From positions 32,302,001 to 32,366,000 of the forward strand of contig OZ024742.1 of NCBI GenBank assembly GCA_964016885.1: 64,000 bases of DNA, written 5' to 3'. A model generated the notes under the pieces. It ran no database searches, was not told the DNA's origin, and saw nothing but the letters and a program-made list of their open reading frames with translations. Positions 1 through 12,970 of this stretch are shown in pieces. Numbering within the stretch: the stretch's first letter is position 1; every line of letters starts with the position of its first letter. Position numbers and translations under genes: made by a program. Source of the DNA: Eledone cirrhosa (lineage: Eukaryota).

Positions 1-737
1 ATAGAAATACCTGAAACCATGAGTTTGTCTGGAAATTTGATAAGAGACGTATTTGGTGACGCCATTTCTGTTGTCAGTATTGGCGATATTGATGAAATTT
101 CACTAAAAATTATTTCAACACCAAAAAAACAAAAATCCAATTAAACTGAATACCAAGATATCACTTCTAGATGGAGACTTGCGGATATATCAAAGTGTTG
201 ATGTTTTGATTGACAAAAGTGACGAGAATATCATGAATTATCTGGAAGAGCTTTTGATTTCTCTGATGCTGTCAGGGATGCCCCCATACAATCTAGCACT
301 GAAGAAAAATTCCATTGTGATTTTGCTGAAAAATTTGAGTTCTGCTAATGGATTGCTGAATGGTACTCGATTTTTGGTTTTATCTTCTAATGACTTTTAT
401 ATTCATCCAGGAATCATTACTATCAGTAAAAAAGGAAATGAAGCTTTCATACCAAGAGTTGACCTGTGTCCGAGTGAAATAGATCTACTCTTTAATATTC
501 CCTATGATACCAGTTTTTTCTATGACCATAAACAAATCACAAGGACAGAGCTTCGAAAAAGTTGGTATTTACTTGCCGACTCCCGTATCTAGTCACGGCC
601 AGCTTTATGTGGCTTTAAGTCATATGAGAAGGAAGGAAAACTTTAAAATTATTTTGAAGGAAACGAGCAGTCACGGCATGTTAGTTGTGGATAGATATTT
701 TACAAAAACTTTTGTAATAAAAGAATTATTAAACTAA
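1..737 (+). mobile_element. Helitron-type PIF1 helicase C-terminal relic (frameshifted)
   Basis: Overlapping ORFs 179-592 and 504-737 encode SGMPPYNLALKKNSIVILLKNL..GLLNGTR..FIPR and [30 protein letters not shown], the C-terminal PIF1 helicase motifs typical of Helitron RepHel; intronless and broken by a frameshift. Confidence 0.85.
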
Positions 738-1210
738 AAACTTGGTTTTGTACAATTAGCTGTCATTTTTGACAGCACAGGGCCAGCTACAATAATAATA
801 ATTCTTTCTAACATTGGTACAAAGACAACAATGAAAGGAAAAGGAAAGTTAATTATATTGACTCCAATACTTAACTGGTACTTTATTGACCCTGGAAGGA
901 TGTAAAGCAAAGCTGATCTCATCTTTCATCTTTCCAGGGTCAATAGAATAACATACCAGTTAAGTACTGTGTTGATTTATTCAACTTTGTCTTTCAAAAA
1001 TTTTCTGGCATTGTGCCTAAATGAGAAAACAACAATGATGATGATGATGATGATGATTGAGTGGAGGGATAGGTCGATTACACTGACACCAGTAGTTGAC
1101 AGGTACTTTATTTTATTGACCCTGAAAGAATGAAATGTAAAGTTGGCCTTACCAGGATTTGAACTCAGACTGTAAGAAGCCAAAGCATTTTGTTTGACAT
1201 TGCTCTTTAA

Positions 1211-1436
1211 CCCTATTGATACCAACCTAACTAAAATTATACCAATTCTATGATGATAAACTCTGTTTTAAACTATTCATATTTAAATAAAAAATGTCTT
1301 TATTAAGCTATGTACTAAATGTCAACTTAATAATATGGTTAATTTTTTATATAAATGTCTTCAAACTACTGATATTTACAAAATTCATTGAAAAACATAA
1401 GTGGTGTATTTCATTTGAAATATGGTAATGAAAGGG
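1211..1436. mobile_element. piggyBac-type MITE
   Basis: TTAA (1207-1210) CCCTATTGATACCA ... TGGTAATGAAAGGG TTAA (1437-1440): imperfect TIRs with CCC/GGG ends and TTAA duplication; interrupts a SINE. Confidence 0.65.
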
Positions 1437-2020
1437 TTAATAGTTTCTAATTTATGTACAAGGAGAGCAATTTAGGAGAAGAAAAGTTGATTTTATCAAT
1501 CTTCGTACTTTATGGACCACGAAAAGATAATGATTCAGAAGTAAATCTTGCAAGGAACTTGTCCAATGCTCTGATTGCTTTTCCAAGTCATCACCCTTAA
1601 TAATAACAATAATAATTGTTTCTACTTTTAGTACAAGGCCAGTAATTACCCCCAATGCATTACAGGAGCTTTATTTCATCGATCCCATAAGGATGAAAGG
1701 CAAAGTTAACCTCAGTGGGATTTAAACTCGGACCATAAAGGGCTGTAACTATGCTGCAAAGCATGCTGTCTGACACTCTACCGATACTGCCAATCCACCA
1801 CCTTCTGATAGCTTCTAATTTAGGCACAGGGCTCAAAACTTTTGGCTGAAGAGGGTATTCAATTAGATCAACTCTCAGTAGTTGATTGACACTATTTTAT
1901 TGACTCCAGAAAGATGAAAGAAAAAGTTAAATTCAGAAGGTAAAGAGCAATAACTAAATACAGCAAGGCATTCTGTCTGAAGCTTTAATTCTGCCAGTCA
2001 AAAATTATTTTAACAATGCT

Positions 2021-2905
2021 AGCTAGGTGACCGAATTAGCAGCGGAGGTGGGTGTTCGGAAAGTACAATAACTAGGGTAAGAACGGGATGGAAGAAGTTC
2101 AGGGAGCTACTGCCACTGCTAGCTGCAAAAGGCTTTTCCCCCAAAATGAAAGGCAGAGAGTATGATGCATGTATACGAGCAGCAATGTTACATGGTAGTT
2201 AGACCTGGGCGCTGATTGTGGAAGACTTGCGTAGATTAGAAAGAAACGAAGCCTGCATGCTCCGATGGATGTGTAATAGTAATATACGCGAACGGCAAAG
2301 CATAAATGAATTGAGAGAGAGACTGAGCATAAGAGGAATCAAATGCTGTGTGCAGGAGACGCGGTTGCGTTGGTATGGACATGTGATGCGTATGAAGGAT
2401 GACAGCTGCATAAAAAGGTGAAGAGCACTAGAAGTCGATGGAAACCTCGGAGTGGGGAGACCCAAGAAGACCTGGGATGAGGTGATAAAAGCCGACCTTA
2501 CCCAATTACACCTCTCAAAGGCGATGATACACGACCGTGACCTCTGGCGTCACACAGTAATACAGAAGACCCAACTCCCCACGGGTACAAGCTGAAGCTG
2601 AAGCATATATACAATATGCCCCCACACCCTCCAACTGCAAAGTGGTTGAGGAGGTGCCATGGCAAAAAAGCACCCAGCCCACACAGTAAAGTGGACGTGT
2701 AGGCACCACGGAAAAAAAGCACCCAGCACTCACTGTAAATGAGGTTGGTGTTAGGAAGGGCATCCAGCTGTAGAAATCAAACCAGAATCAGTTCCCGTAT
2801 GAGCAAGACAAGGTCAGCCGACCGGACACTTCCCACAACAGGACAACCCGTCTAACCCATGCTAGCATGGAAGAACGGACGTAAAACGGTGAAGATGATG
2901 ATGAT
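2021..2905 (+). mobile_element. 5'-truncated RTE LINE (same family as 20150-23612)
   Basis: Near-identical to 22747-23612; encodes EDLRRLERNEACMLRWMC..LRWYGHVMRM with stops; ends in a (GAT)n tail. Confidence 0.9.
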
Positions 2906-2914
2906 AATGAATAC

Positions 2915-3176
2915 TAGCGTGGAAGATGGACGTTAAACGATGATGATGATGATGAGAATGACCGTTGGGTATAGAAGTGCCAAGAAATCCTAGAAGAAGA
3001 AAGACACAGTAGAGGAAGACCACGAAAATCATGGGCATAGGTGGTGAGAGCTGACCTCAGATCGCTGAAGCTCACGGAGAAGATGACGAAGGACCAAGAC
3101 GAATAGAGAGATGTTGTGCTGAATAGGATCCGTCCCACCCTTGCAAGAAGGGAAAAGCGGACATATGATGATGATT
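2915..3176 (+). mobile_element. Two further short RTE-type 3' ends stacked behind the first
   Basis: GGAAGATGGACGTTAAAC(GAT)n at ~2919-2953, then a diverged RTE C-terminus (RGRPRKSW..VVRADL) ending GGAAAAGCGGACAT(ATG)n. Confidence 0.6.
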
Positions 3177-3984
3177 GAGAAATAGTCAAAGATGTATCAA
3201 GTTAATCCATCTATATATCCATCTATCTTTCCAGCCACCTACCTATCCAGCTATGTATCAATCAATCCATATACCTATATCAATATTACATAGACATAAT
3301 TTGAACACATACACAATACATGCGCACAGTGAAATAATTTTAATCACAAAATCATATAGACATACATCATTTAATGACCATTTTCCCTGCTAAAAAAGGT
3401 TGGATGGATAGTTATAGACCAGTTAATATACAAGCAGCATTACTGACCTCACAGATGGGTTGGAGACATGCATATCACATATGTTCCCACACTCAACTGA
3501 GTGCTCAAACAAGTCAAGGGTCATATATTGTTTGCATACATCCCTACATTCAACACTAGGCAGGTTGTCATGTCTTTGACACAGCTGAAGAGACATCCTA
3601 ACTCTTTGTTTAGCAGGTTTTCTATGGCTTGGTATCCTTATCATCAACCCCTTTACAGAGTGTACTGGGTGTGTTTATTATGTAGATCACCAACACTAGG
3701 GAGGTTGCCATGTCTATGACAGAACTAAAGTCCTCTTGACCCTTTTTTGGTATGGTTTCTACAGTGGGATGCCCTTTCTATTGCCAGCCATCTCACAGGG
3801 TATATTGGGTGCAATTTCATGGCACCAGCTTTAGGGAGGTTGTTGGTAATTAACTCTATTGCAGAGCTTGCTTTACCTGATGAGTGGATGAGTCAGACAA
3901 GTTGGCAGTATGCCATGGATTTATGCCAAGTGTAGTGAGCTGGCAACAAAACAAAGAAAGAAGAGCAATCTATATAATACTTAC

Positions 3985-4066
3985 ATTTCTTGATCCAGAA
4001 CTTTCTTCTTGACTGGCTGCTATGGCTTGGGCAAGCTGGAAATCTTCTTCCTCTTGTTTTGTCATA
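3985..4066 (-). CDS. ZFAND2B: ZFAND2/AIRAPL-like coding exon 10 (second UIM-like helix)
   Basis: ttcttgtag|T MTKQEEEDFQLAQAIAASQEESSGSRN|gtaagt; matches QEEEDLALAQALSAS of AIRAPL; phase fits exon 9. Confidence 0.9.
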
Positions 4067-4589
4067 CTACAAGAAGAAAAAAATAATTGTTTCTATTTTT
4101 GGCACAAGACCAGCAGTTACCCAGTGCATTACTGGTAATTTATTTTATCGACCCCGTAAGAGCCAATTAACTCTTCCATAACCACATTTCTAAGGAAATA
4201 CACTATTTCATTTAATTAATGAAGAATTTTGAGGTATTTACTAAAATTATTAATTATTTCAATAACATATGGTTCTTACATAGAATTATGTTGGAATATT
4301 TTAATTTAAATAGGAACCCTTAAAAATGGGTGGCTTTGTTTCATAAAACAAAAGCCAATTTTATCAACTCCAGTACTTGACTGGTGCATTATTTTACTGA
4401 CACCAGAAAGACAAAACGCAATGCTGACCTCAACGAGATTTAAACTCAGAATGTAAAGAACTGGAACAAAATACCACAAGGCATTTTGACTGTCACTCTA
4501 ATGATCCTGACAACCAACCATCCTGGTAAAAATGTTTAATAATAATGATTTCTAATTCAGAAACAAGGTCAGCAATTATTTAAGAGGTA

Positions 4590-5230
4590 GGTTTGATGCC
4601 AGGTGCAGCATGGCAGGAATAAAAATCAGTTTTGTGAAGACTGAGACACTCATCCTCTCAAGAAAGCCTGCCAGTGCACTCTACATGTGAATGGAGTTCT
4701 ACTGAAGCAGGTTGAAAAGTTAAAGTATCTTGGGGCCATGTTCATGTGTGATGGAGGCTAGGAGGCTGAATTAAGTGCAAGAATTGCAGGTGCTGGTGCA
4801 GTAATGTGCCAGCTTCAGCGTCATTAGAAAGGAAGTAGGGGTAAAAGCCAAACTCACAATCTTCAATTTGGTTTGCATGCCAACCCTTACCTATAGTGAT
4901 GACCGAAAAAAATACGATCGTGCATACAAGCGACCAAAATGGGGTTCCTCCGAAGGCTCTTTGGGGTATTGTTACTCGATAGAGTGCATAGCTCACAGAT
5001 CAGAGAGTTGCTTCAGGTAGAGCTGCGACTACTTCTCATTGAGAGATCACAGCTCAGATACCACAGGCATCCAGGAGTAAACCTTGAGCAAGATGGTTGG
5101 ATAACATCCATGAGTTTGGCTGGTCTTTCTTTGGGATCCAGCTAGATCAAATGGAGAAGGTTGTTTTTGACAGGACCTGCTGGAAGGCATATTTTGAAGA
5201 AACTGTCCCAACAACCCTCCTAAGAATACA
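4590..5230 (+). mobile_element. Old degenerate RTE LINE fragment
   Basis: VEKLKYLG.MF, MGFLRRLFGVLLLDRVHSSQIRELL..QLRY; related pieces at 34170-35330 (+) and 29455-29720 (-). Confidence 0.7.
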
Positions 5231-5651
5231 TGGGCAAAGAAGTATCAATGCCTGGTTGGTATTTTATTTTATCAATCCTGGGAGATGAATAGCAAAGTTG
5301 ATCTCAGTAGGATTTCAACTCAGAACGTAGAGAGCTAGAACAAATACTAAGTGTCTTGCCCAACACTGATTCTACTGCTTCACTACCTTAATGATGGTTT
5401 CTAATTTAAGTGGGAAAAGTCAATCAAATTGACTCCAGTACTGGACTGGTATTTTACTGTCTGTGTGTGTGTGTATATGGTTGAAACATGTTTGCATGCT
5501 TCTACTGTGTGTTTGCACCATGTATATTTGCATGATTGCACAATAATGAAATTATTGTGTAAAGTGCTCAGGTGCACTACAACTCGCCAAAGGTGTATGT
5601 ATAGTACATAGAATAATACACAAATGTCAGGGAAGTACATGTGTGTATGTG

Positions 5652-8415
5652 TTAGCTGTAGTGTTGGCGGATCTCGGGAAGCATGGAGGCCTTAAAGGAT
5701 GCAGTGTCTCGACAGCTAACAACTGATGCAGGTAGTTTGTTCCATGCTTCAGCAACTCTGAGCGTGAAAAAATGTTTCCGAAAGTCATGGGAACTGTGCT
5801 GTTTTCTTACTTTGTGGGCATGTCCACGTGTGTTAGACACATGGAAATCAAAAAGGTACTCAGGGTTGTTGTTGGCAACATGGTTAACAATTTTGTGGGT
5901 GTTTACCAAGTCAGTTGCCAGGCGTCGGAGCTTCAATGAATCCATGCCCAGGGAAGCAAGGCGCTCAGAGTATGGTAGATGCCTGATGGAGGGTATTCGC
6001 TTGGTTGCACGTCTCTGAACAGTTTCGAGGCGGTCAATGTTCTGAGCAAGATAGGGGTTCCAGACTGGTGATGCAAATTCTAAGTGTGGTCGCACCATAG
6101 CTGTATACAGCCTTAAATAGATATCTGGAGAGCGGCTGACAAAGGTCTTGCTGAGTGATGCTAAGACGCCCTCGGCCCTCTTGACAATTTTAGAGACGTG
6201 CCTCGTCCAACGCAAATCGCTGCTGACCGTAATGCCCAGGTCACATTCACAGGAAGACTTCTTGATATTAATGTTGTGGGGGGAGTATGTGGACGCTGGG
6301 TTTTTACTCCCAAAATGCATGGTGGTGCACTTGTCCACAGCTAGCTTGAGTTGCCAGTCTGAGATCCATTGTTGCATTGTGTCCAGGTCAGACTGCAAGC
6401 AAGATCTATAGTGTTCAGGATCTGTCCTTTTTATCTCAAGGTACAGCTTGATGTCGTCTGCGTACTTTAGTACTGTGGCATTCCTTAAGTTGGCATCTAT
6501 GTCATTAATATATGCCACAAACAAAAGGGGGCCACGAACAGATCCCTGTGGTACACCAGATGTCATCTCATATGGTGAGGAATGCTGTCCCAGAACCGTG
6601 ACTACCTCTCTTCGACTGAGAATGAAGGACTTCAACCAGTTAAAAAGATCATCCTTCACACCCATTGCAGAGAGTTTTGCCATAAGCCTTTTGTGTGGCA
6701 CAGACTTGAAGGCCTTCGCAAAGTCAAGGTAAACAACATCCCCCCATGAGCCGCCATCAGTGATCCGGGTGATGTCCTCAAGAAACTCTATAAGTTGATC
6801 ACAGCAGCTGGAGTTGGGGATAAATCCAAATTGCGAGGGCCGGATAAGACTGTGAGAGCTCCAGAAGTTCCAAAGTGTTTCTCTGACACAGGATTCCATC
6901 AGTTTGGTGATGCAACTAGTAAGACTGACTGGACGATAGTTCACAGGTGATGTGCGGTCACCCTTTTTGAACAGAGGAATGACGCTGACAGTTTTCCACT
7001 GTTCTGGAGTAGCACTGTTGTTCAGACAGAATTGGAAGAAGCGTGATAACTGGTGCAGAAGGAAGTACCCACCACGTTTAAGAAGCAGGTACGTAACACC
7101 ATCAAGACTAGGAGAGGCATGGTTGCGTTTATTTTTTAGGTGACGTCGCAGCATTGCAGGTGTAAATTCCATGGTTGTAATAGAGTCCGGTGTCATAGGT
7201 GGTGGAGATGGTACACTCTGGTCTTCAATAGTGAAAATGCCTGCATAGCATTCAGCAATGAGCTCTGCGCATTCCTTGGGGTCATCAGTAACCTGGCTTG
7301 TGTGGGGATTAAAGAGGACCAACTGGAGAGTGAGGCCTCTGCTTTGAGTGAACATACTTCCAGAACACCTTACTGTCAGGGCTGGTTGCTATGCGCTGCT
7401 CAAATTGAAGTACTGCCTATTTTGTCACCTGTTTGAGGTGGTTGGACGATCTATTTCGCCTCTTCCTATTAATGTCTGATTTGTGAAGTTTGTACTCACG
7501 TTCAGCATTGCGCCGTTCTTTTCTGGCAAGACGGACTGCTGCAGTCTCCCAAATTGCGCTTTTGGGATGTTTTTTCCATTTACGTGGCACCGATGCTGCA
7601 CATGCTGTCCATATTGAGCTCAGGATGTTCTGGAGTACAGTGTTGACATCTCCAGAGTCGTAGAACTCAAGCCAGTTTGGCCGTTGCAACTCGGTGCAGT
7701 AACAGTTCCAGTCTGCTTTATTCCAGTCAAAGTGAGCAGTTTGGAGATGGTTGTGGTTCTTGTTACTGCCCATGAGGGATAGATTGGCAATGATCATAGC
7801 ATGATCAGAGTCACCTAAAGGTTCCTCAGCAGTAACACTAATGACCGTTTCAGGAGTAGTCGTGAAGAGTAGGTCCAAAGTGTTGTCACCTCTCGTTGGG
7901 GAGGTGACCATCTGGGACCAACTCGAGTCCAGCACTAGCTCAAGGAAGTCATTTGCACTTGGCGGCCAACGAAAGGTTTCCCAGTCAATCTCAGGGTGAT
8001 TGAAGTCACCTGCAATGAAAACATAAGTGGCTGTCTTCCTGGCAGCAACTCTGAGGATATCACAAAGTTGAGTGTCCTGATGGTAATTTGGGGCACGGTA
8101 AACGACTCCAAGTAGCAGTGTTGACATGGTCATACGTATATCGCAGAAAAAAACTTCCTGCTGTGATTGGTTCAAATCAGCACAAGGAATTGCTGACAGA
8201 TTTGACCGAACGTAGACCATTACACCACCATCACCACGACGATTAATGCGGTCTTTACGAAACAGGTTGTAGCCAGTCATGCTGAAAACCCCATCACAGA
8301 GTAAGGGATGTGCCCAAGTTTCCGTGACTGTAATGAAGTCAGGGTTGATACTTTTGACGTAGGAGTCAAAAAGATGAATCTTATTGCATAGACTATGTGC
8401 ATTCAAGGACAACAA
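5652..8415 (-). pseudogene. CR1 ORF2 (APE endonuclease + reverse transcriptase), one stop and one frameshift
   Basis: APE motifs LNAHSL, VTETW, VYRAP, GDFNHP, LDLLF, SDH; RT motifs NYRPVSLTS, YLDFAKAF, GVPQGS, YADDIK. A TAG at 7417-7419 is followed in frame by AVLQFEQ..KVFWKYV, then a frameshift near 7313. Confidence 0.9.
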
Positions 8416-8471
8416 TTTGTACCTTGATTCCAGTCTATGATTATGTGCAGGGGATGGCAGGTTGTTCTGAT

Positions 8472-9815
8472 TTAGTTTCCCAGATTTTTTTCAGTTTCTT
8501 TATTGTCAGTTGTTGTGGGTACAGTGTTTTCAGACCAGCTGGTGTCTCTTTTCCATGATTCGCCAGCCTTAACAAAGTTCCATATCTGCCCATCATCTCG
8601 TAGGCTGAAGCTTTCATGTTCTGCCGAGCTGCGGTTTAAGGAAGCTGCAGCACGCAACTTTGGGCGGACATCAGGTGGAAGACCAGGGCGTGTTCGGAAA
8701 GCAATCCGACTTTCACGCCTAGCTTTATCAGAGGCTACAAGATATGAACGTGCCTCAGTTGAGTTTGAAAACGACAGTCTAATTAACCTGGGTATCGGGC
8801 CTGGTCGGCCAAGGCGTAGAGCACCCTTTGCGGGAGCACAGCCCAGGTCTTTGGATGAACTGGCAGCAAATGCCTGAAGATCAACTATGTCTTCTGGTAC
8901 ACCAATGGCAATCACTTCGTGGTTTGCAGATTCAGTGGCATTCTCAATGCGTCTAGGTTCAACATGAGGTACGCGGAGATTTTTTAACAAGGCACTCCGG
9001 TAAGATCCCTCATTGTGGGGTTCTACACGAACGCTTGATTTTATTTCCGCTATTTCTTGGCTTAAAGCGGAAATCATTTGCCGTATTTCCTCAAACTCTG
9101 TATTGACGGTCGGTTTTTGTTGTTCTTCTTCTCCTTCAACAGGCATGGTAGAAGACACAGTCGTCGGTTGTTGTTGTTGAAAAGTAACGGGTGAGGAAGA
9201 CATGGGTTGCTGTTGTTGATGAAGTCCTTCAACGGGGGTAGTAGCAGAAGCTACGGTCGTTGGTTTTTGCTGTTGTTCGGGAACAATGGTAGAAGACACG
9301 ATCTTCGGTCTTTGTTGTTGTTGTTGTTGTTCCGCAGCAATGGGAGAAGCAGGCATACAGTCCAGGCACTGAAAGGACCAGTTTGTTAGCTGGACCATCT
9401 CCCAGAGTCTATCCATCGTAGCAATATGATGTTTCTTGTTTTGGCCTGGGATCTTCCGGAAGCCTGTGGCGCATTGAAGGCAGACAGAGATGTGACAGGT
9501 TCCACATTCGACCCAACGATTACGGAACAAGTTTTCGGGTTCCGTACAGATATGGCAGGTGTGATCTTCTGGACAATGTTCTATTTTGGAACATCGACCA
9601 GTTTTGTTGCATACTTCATCGATGGATATCACCATGGCAATTTTGTTATTTCTGCCCATCCGTAGAAAAACACAGAATGTAAACAATATAGGTTTAGCGC
9701 ACTTGATTACGATAGAAATAAAATGTCTGTTTTTTTTTGTTTTGTTTTTTTGTGTATTTAGTTTCCGTTTTCCTAAATGTTGTGTGTGTACAGAAGAGTC
9801 TGTGCATGTAAACAA
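8472..9815 (-). CDS. CR1 ORF1 protein (PHD-like finger, Q-rich repeats, coiled coil, C-terminal RNA-binding-type region); true start probably Met at ~9659
   Basis: Open 447 codons: CHIC..WVECGTC..C..C..FQCLDC; EIRQMISALSQEIAEIK; VIAIGVPED..LRLGRPGPIPRLIRLSF typical of CR1/L2 ORF1; immediately upstream of ORF2. Confidence 0.8.
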   Translation of the reverse strand: MFTCTDSSVHTQHLGKRKLNTQKNKTKKNRHFISIVIKCAKPILFTFCVFLRMGRNNKIAMVISIDEVCNKTGRCSKIEHCPEDHTCHICTEPENLFRNRWVECGTCHISVCLQCATGFRKIPGQNKKHHIATMDRLWEMVQLTNWSFQCLDCMPASPIAAEQQQQQQRPKIVSSTIVPEQQQKPTTVASATTPVEGLHQQQQPMSSSPVTFQQQQPTTVSSTMPVEGEEEQQKPTVNTEFEEIRQMISALSQEIAEIKSSVRVEPHNEGSYRSALLKNLRVPHVEPRRIENATESANHEVIAIGVPEDIVDLQAFAASSSKDLGCAPAKGALRLGRPGPIPRLIRLSFSNSTEARSYLVASDKARRESRIAFRTRPGLPPDVRPKLRAAASLNRSSAEHESFSLRDDGQIWNFVKAGESWKRDTSWSENTVPTTTDNKETEKNLGN

Positions 9816-10448
9816 ATAAATATGCTGCGCAAGTTAAATGAAACGTACTGTAGAAGGCAACTGTTTATTAACAGCGAAATAACGTTTTTTTTCCTGATAC
9901 TGCTTCTTTATAATAAACTTTCAATAATATTTTTCAAATTATTAACTTTCAGCTGCTAGTATATATATATATAATTAAAAGGTGTATGTGGGTTAGAAGC
10001 GAAGTTAATGTTCAGAAATATTTTACCAATGTACGTAAGATTAGCCGGTATAGTGTCTCACACGAAATAGTGTGGTTTCTTTTCACGTGTGTGTATATGC
10101 ATATGGTATATATCTGTATATAAATCTGTGTGTATATTGTTGTTTATATGTTTTGTGGAGTACTTACTGCGATCCCTAAGGGATGTAGTGATTTGTTTTT
10201 TTGTTTTTTCCCCCCCGTCCATGTCCACACGTGGTTTGTTGGCGAAAATCAAGTCAAATTATATATACTTCGTTAAGATAATTCTATCTTGAAACTGGTA
10301 CTAGTTGTCAGGGAACAGTCAAAGTAATTGTAATAATGAATATTGTAATCCATCTGACATGTGTTTAAAGGGCAGTTTTTGGTGAAAATATTATATTTTG
10401 TTTGGTCAAGACGTGGTCAAGCGACCTTCCTTGTCGCCATTTTGGCCG

Positions 10449-10492
<44 letters not shown>

Positions 10493-10508
10493 GGTGGAAT
10501 ATACTTAC

Positions 10509-10588
10509 TTTTTATTGGAAAGTGATGTTGTGTGTTGGTTTTCTGACAGGGAAAGTTGTAAAGCTTTAGCAAGGGCTTCATCTTCAGA
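10509..10588 (-). CDS. ZFAND2B: ZFAND2/AIRAPL-like coding exon 9 (first UIM-like helix)
   Basis: ttttctag|SEDEALAKALQLSLSENQHTTSLSNK AA|gtaagt; matches SEDEALQRALEMSL of AIRAPL. Confidence 0.92.
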
Positions 10589-11159
10589 CTAGAAAATATA
10601 GAATATGTGTTTGTATAAAATACACTCAACACACTCAGTAAAATGGTAGTGCCAGTGCCACAATAAAATATGCACAGCCCACGCTGTAAGGTGGTAGTGC
10701 CAGTGCCAGTACCTAATGCACTCTGTAAACTGGTAGTGACAATGTCACAGTACATGCTATAAAGTGGTTGAAGTTGGGGGCTTCCAGCCATAGAAATCAT
10801 GCTAAACTTGAATGCGTGAACAGGACATAGTCATCTGACCTGTCTAGTCTCAAAACATGAGAACCCACCCAACCTATGCCAGCATGGAAAACGGTTGCAA
10901 AACAGTGATGATGATGATATATATAGAAAGCTGGCCAAACAAAGGAGTGGGGGGACACTTCAGGTATGCTAAATACATAACATCTCTCTAGAGCTGGTGT
11001 TGCAACAAAATGCATTTAGTAGAGCAGGAGATCATATGCAAGAGATGCAGACCCCCAGCCCATTTCAGTAACCCCCACTTGAATACTGACTTGGTTTGTG
11101 AAGACCTGTCAACCTTTACTAGCAGGGAAAACAGACACACATATATATTGTGCTCATAT

Positions 11160-11205
<46 letters not shown>

Positions 11206-11868
11206 ATGTGCTTGTGTTAAAGTTGGACAGTAATCTTACAAAGTGATTTTATTTCAACAGAGATGGAGTTTCAAAGCTTTATAAATCAAATATGTTAATA
11301 ACATAATACATATATTATGAAGCAATAGCTGAAACTTCAAAGTCACTGCCTCTTGTATCTTCAATAAACCTTACATTCTACAATGGCGTTGAGAGCTTAT
11401 CCAGTTAATGTTTAAATGTAAATACATTGGAATTTAAAACACTTAATCAACATCATTGTTTTTAACAGCCATTTTTCCATGCTGGCAAGGGTTGAGCAGG
11501 AGGCTTTGAGACAATGTTTTACAGCCAGATGCCCTCCATATTGCCAACCCTTTTTAGTTACCTCTTACAATTCATAAATCTGCAATTCACACAGCAATAT
11601 ATATATATAATATATTATATTATATTATATTTAGAGTTATAAACTCAAACAGTCCTTTACAATTAATTAGCTCAAAGAAAGAAGCATTTCTGAGCCGTGA
11701 AATACAAGTTAATATAAATTAATATATGATAAACACATAAGTGTTTGTATTGTAAAAAACGAAGTTAGCTAGAATGAAATAAACTAATTCAAATAAATAT
11801 AGTTTGCCTGTCTCGATTTAAAATAATATATAATTATAATAATAATTGGATGAATAAAAAATTCTTAC

Positions 11869-11929
11869 CATTTGACCTTGAATGGCAGAGGCATTAGCTT
11901 GGCGTGAACCATTCCCTCCATTTCTGAAG
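11869..11929 (-). CDS. ZFAND2B: ZFAND2/AIRAPL-like coding exon 8
   Basis: gttttag|C FRNGGNGSRQANASAIQGQM|gtaag; AIQGQM aligns with ALQNGL preceding UIM1; phases consistent. Confidence 0.8.
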
Positions 11930-12970
11930 CTAAAACAGAACAAACAATATTAAAGGGGCGTGTATGTGGGTGTGTACATGCCCTTATTCCCTTCCAACTA
12001 TTGACACCTCTCACTTGCAGTATGTTGCTCATACACTTTACTCTTTAGTAAAGTGAAATGAAATCTAGAAAATTAAAAGTTACTACTGTCAAGAATGCTT
12101 AAGCAATTTGAAAGAAGCATTCATCAGCAACAACACAACGCTGTTAATACAATATATATTTATTTAATGGTTTCAGGCATTAGACAGTGGCCTTGCTGAG
12201 GCACTGCCTTAACCCTTTAGCATTTACATTACTCTATATATACTATTATATTTTCATGGTAAAGGCTTTATCTCACATAATTATCTCAATATCAAATCTG
12301 AGATTTTGATATTTATTTTGAGAACAATACCTTAACATACATATGAGCAGTTTGAACAGAAAGAGGTAAGAGAATTCTGGCCGGATCTTTGGCCCCATTC
12401 GGTTACGAATGACCATGGTTTTGCACCTAGAAAGTTTCCCTACGAGGTACAAGCCTGGGCAAGGTTTTTGTGGAGGACCAGTAATCGTCCATACATATCA
12501 GCCTCCCCTCTATATGCCACGGGCAGTTTAGTATCAAAAGAATAAATGCAGTTCCTCAAACTGAATTTTTTTTATAGAGCCTTCTGCAGCTGGGAGAAGG
12601 TACCAGCTGTGTTCTTGTGTCACCCTTGCAACTAGATCTATCTCTTTCACAATGAAGATAGACATAACACATGCAATAAGTTTTTTAAGGCCATTTTCTC
12701 TGCTAAAGCAAGGGTTAGCATTGCAGGATCCCATGATATGAGATTCTTTCTGAAATAAAATGTTACACTCAGATGCCCTCCCTAGTGTCAACCCTTTCAT
12801 TCATCTCTTACGACATGCAGGGATATGGTGCAGCTTTTCTGAACCAGATACACAGCTAGGACAGAAATACTGGGAAATTCACCCCCACCTCTCTGCTGCC
12901 ACTATAAAGCTTCTGGAATACAAATTGGATTTTTAATGTCTGCTGGTGAAAAAAAAAAAAAATTCCTTAC

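Larger units (their letters stand above)
5541..10450 (-). mobile_element. Near full-length CR1-group LINE in intron 9, sense to the host gene
   Basis: ORF1, APE and RT in order on the minus strand; 3' UTR ends near AATAATTTCATTATT (~5542-5556). The 5' end is tentatively placed at the (GA)n tract after a YY1-like motif; the boundary between 9960 and 10450 is uncertain. Confidence 0.85.

Noticed and set aside
179-737. Cellular PIF1 helicase gene
   Set aside because: Intronless, frameshifted and degenerate, with Helitron-type motifs; treated as a transposon relic.
1452-1655. ORF ending ..LLNCSPCT as a possible terminal ZFAND2 exon
   Set aside because: Overlaps degenerate SINE sequence at both ends, has a weak acceptor and does not end in a proper CaaX.
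5683-9665. Plus-strand ORFs over the CR1 element, and antisense ORFs over the RTE copies
   Set aside because: Shadow frames of LINE ORFs with no independent motifs.
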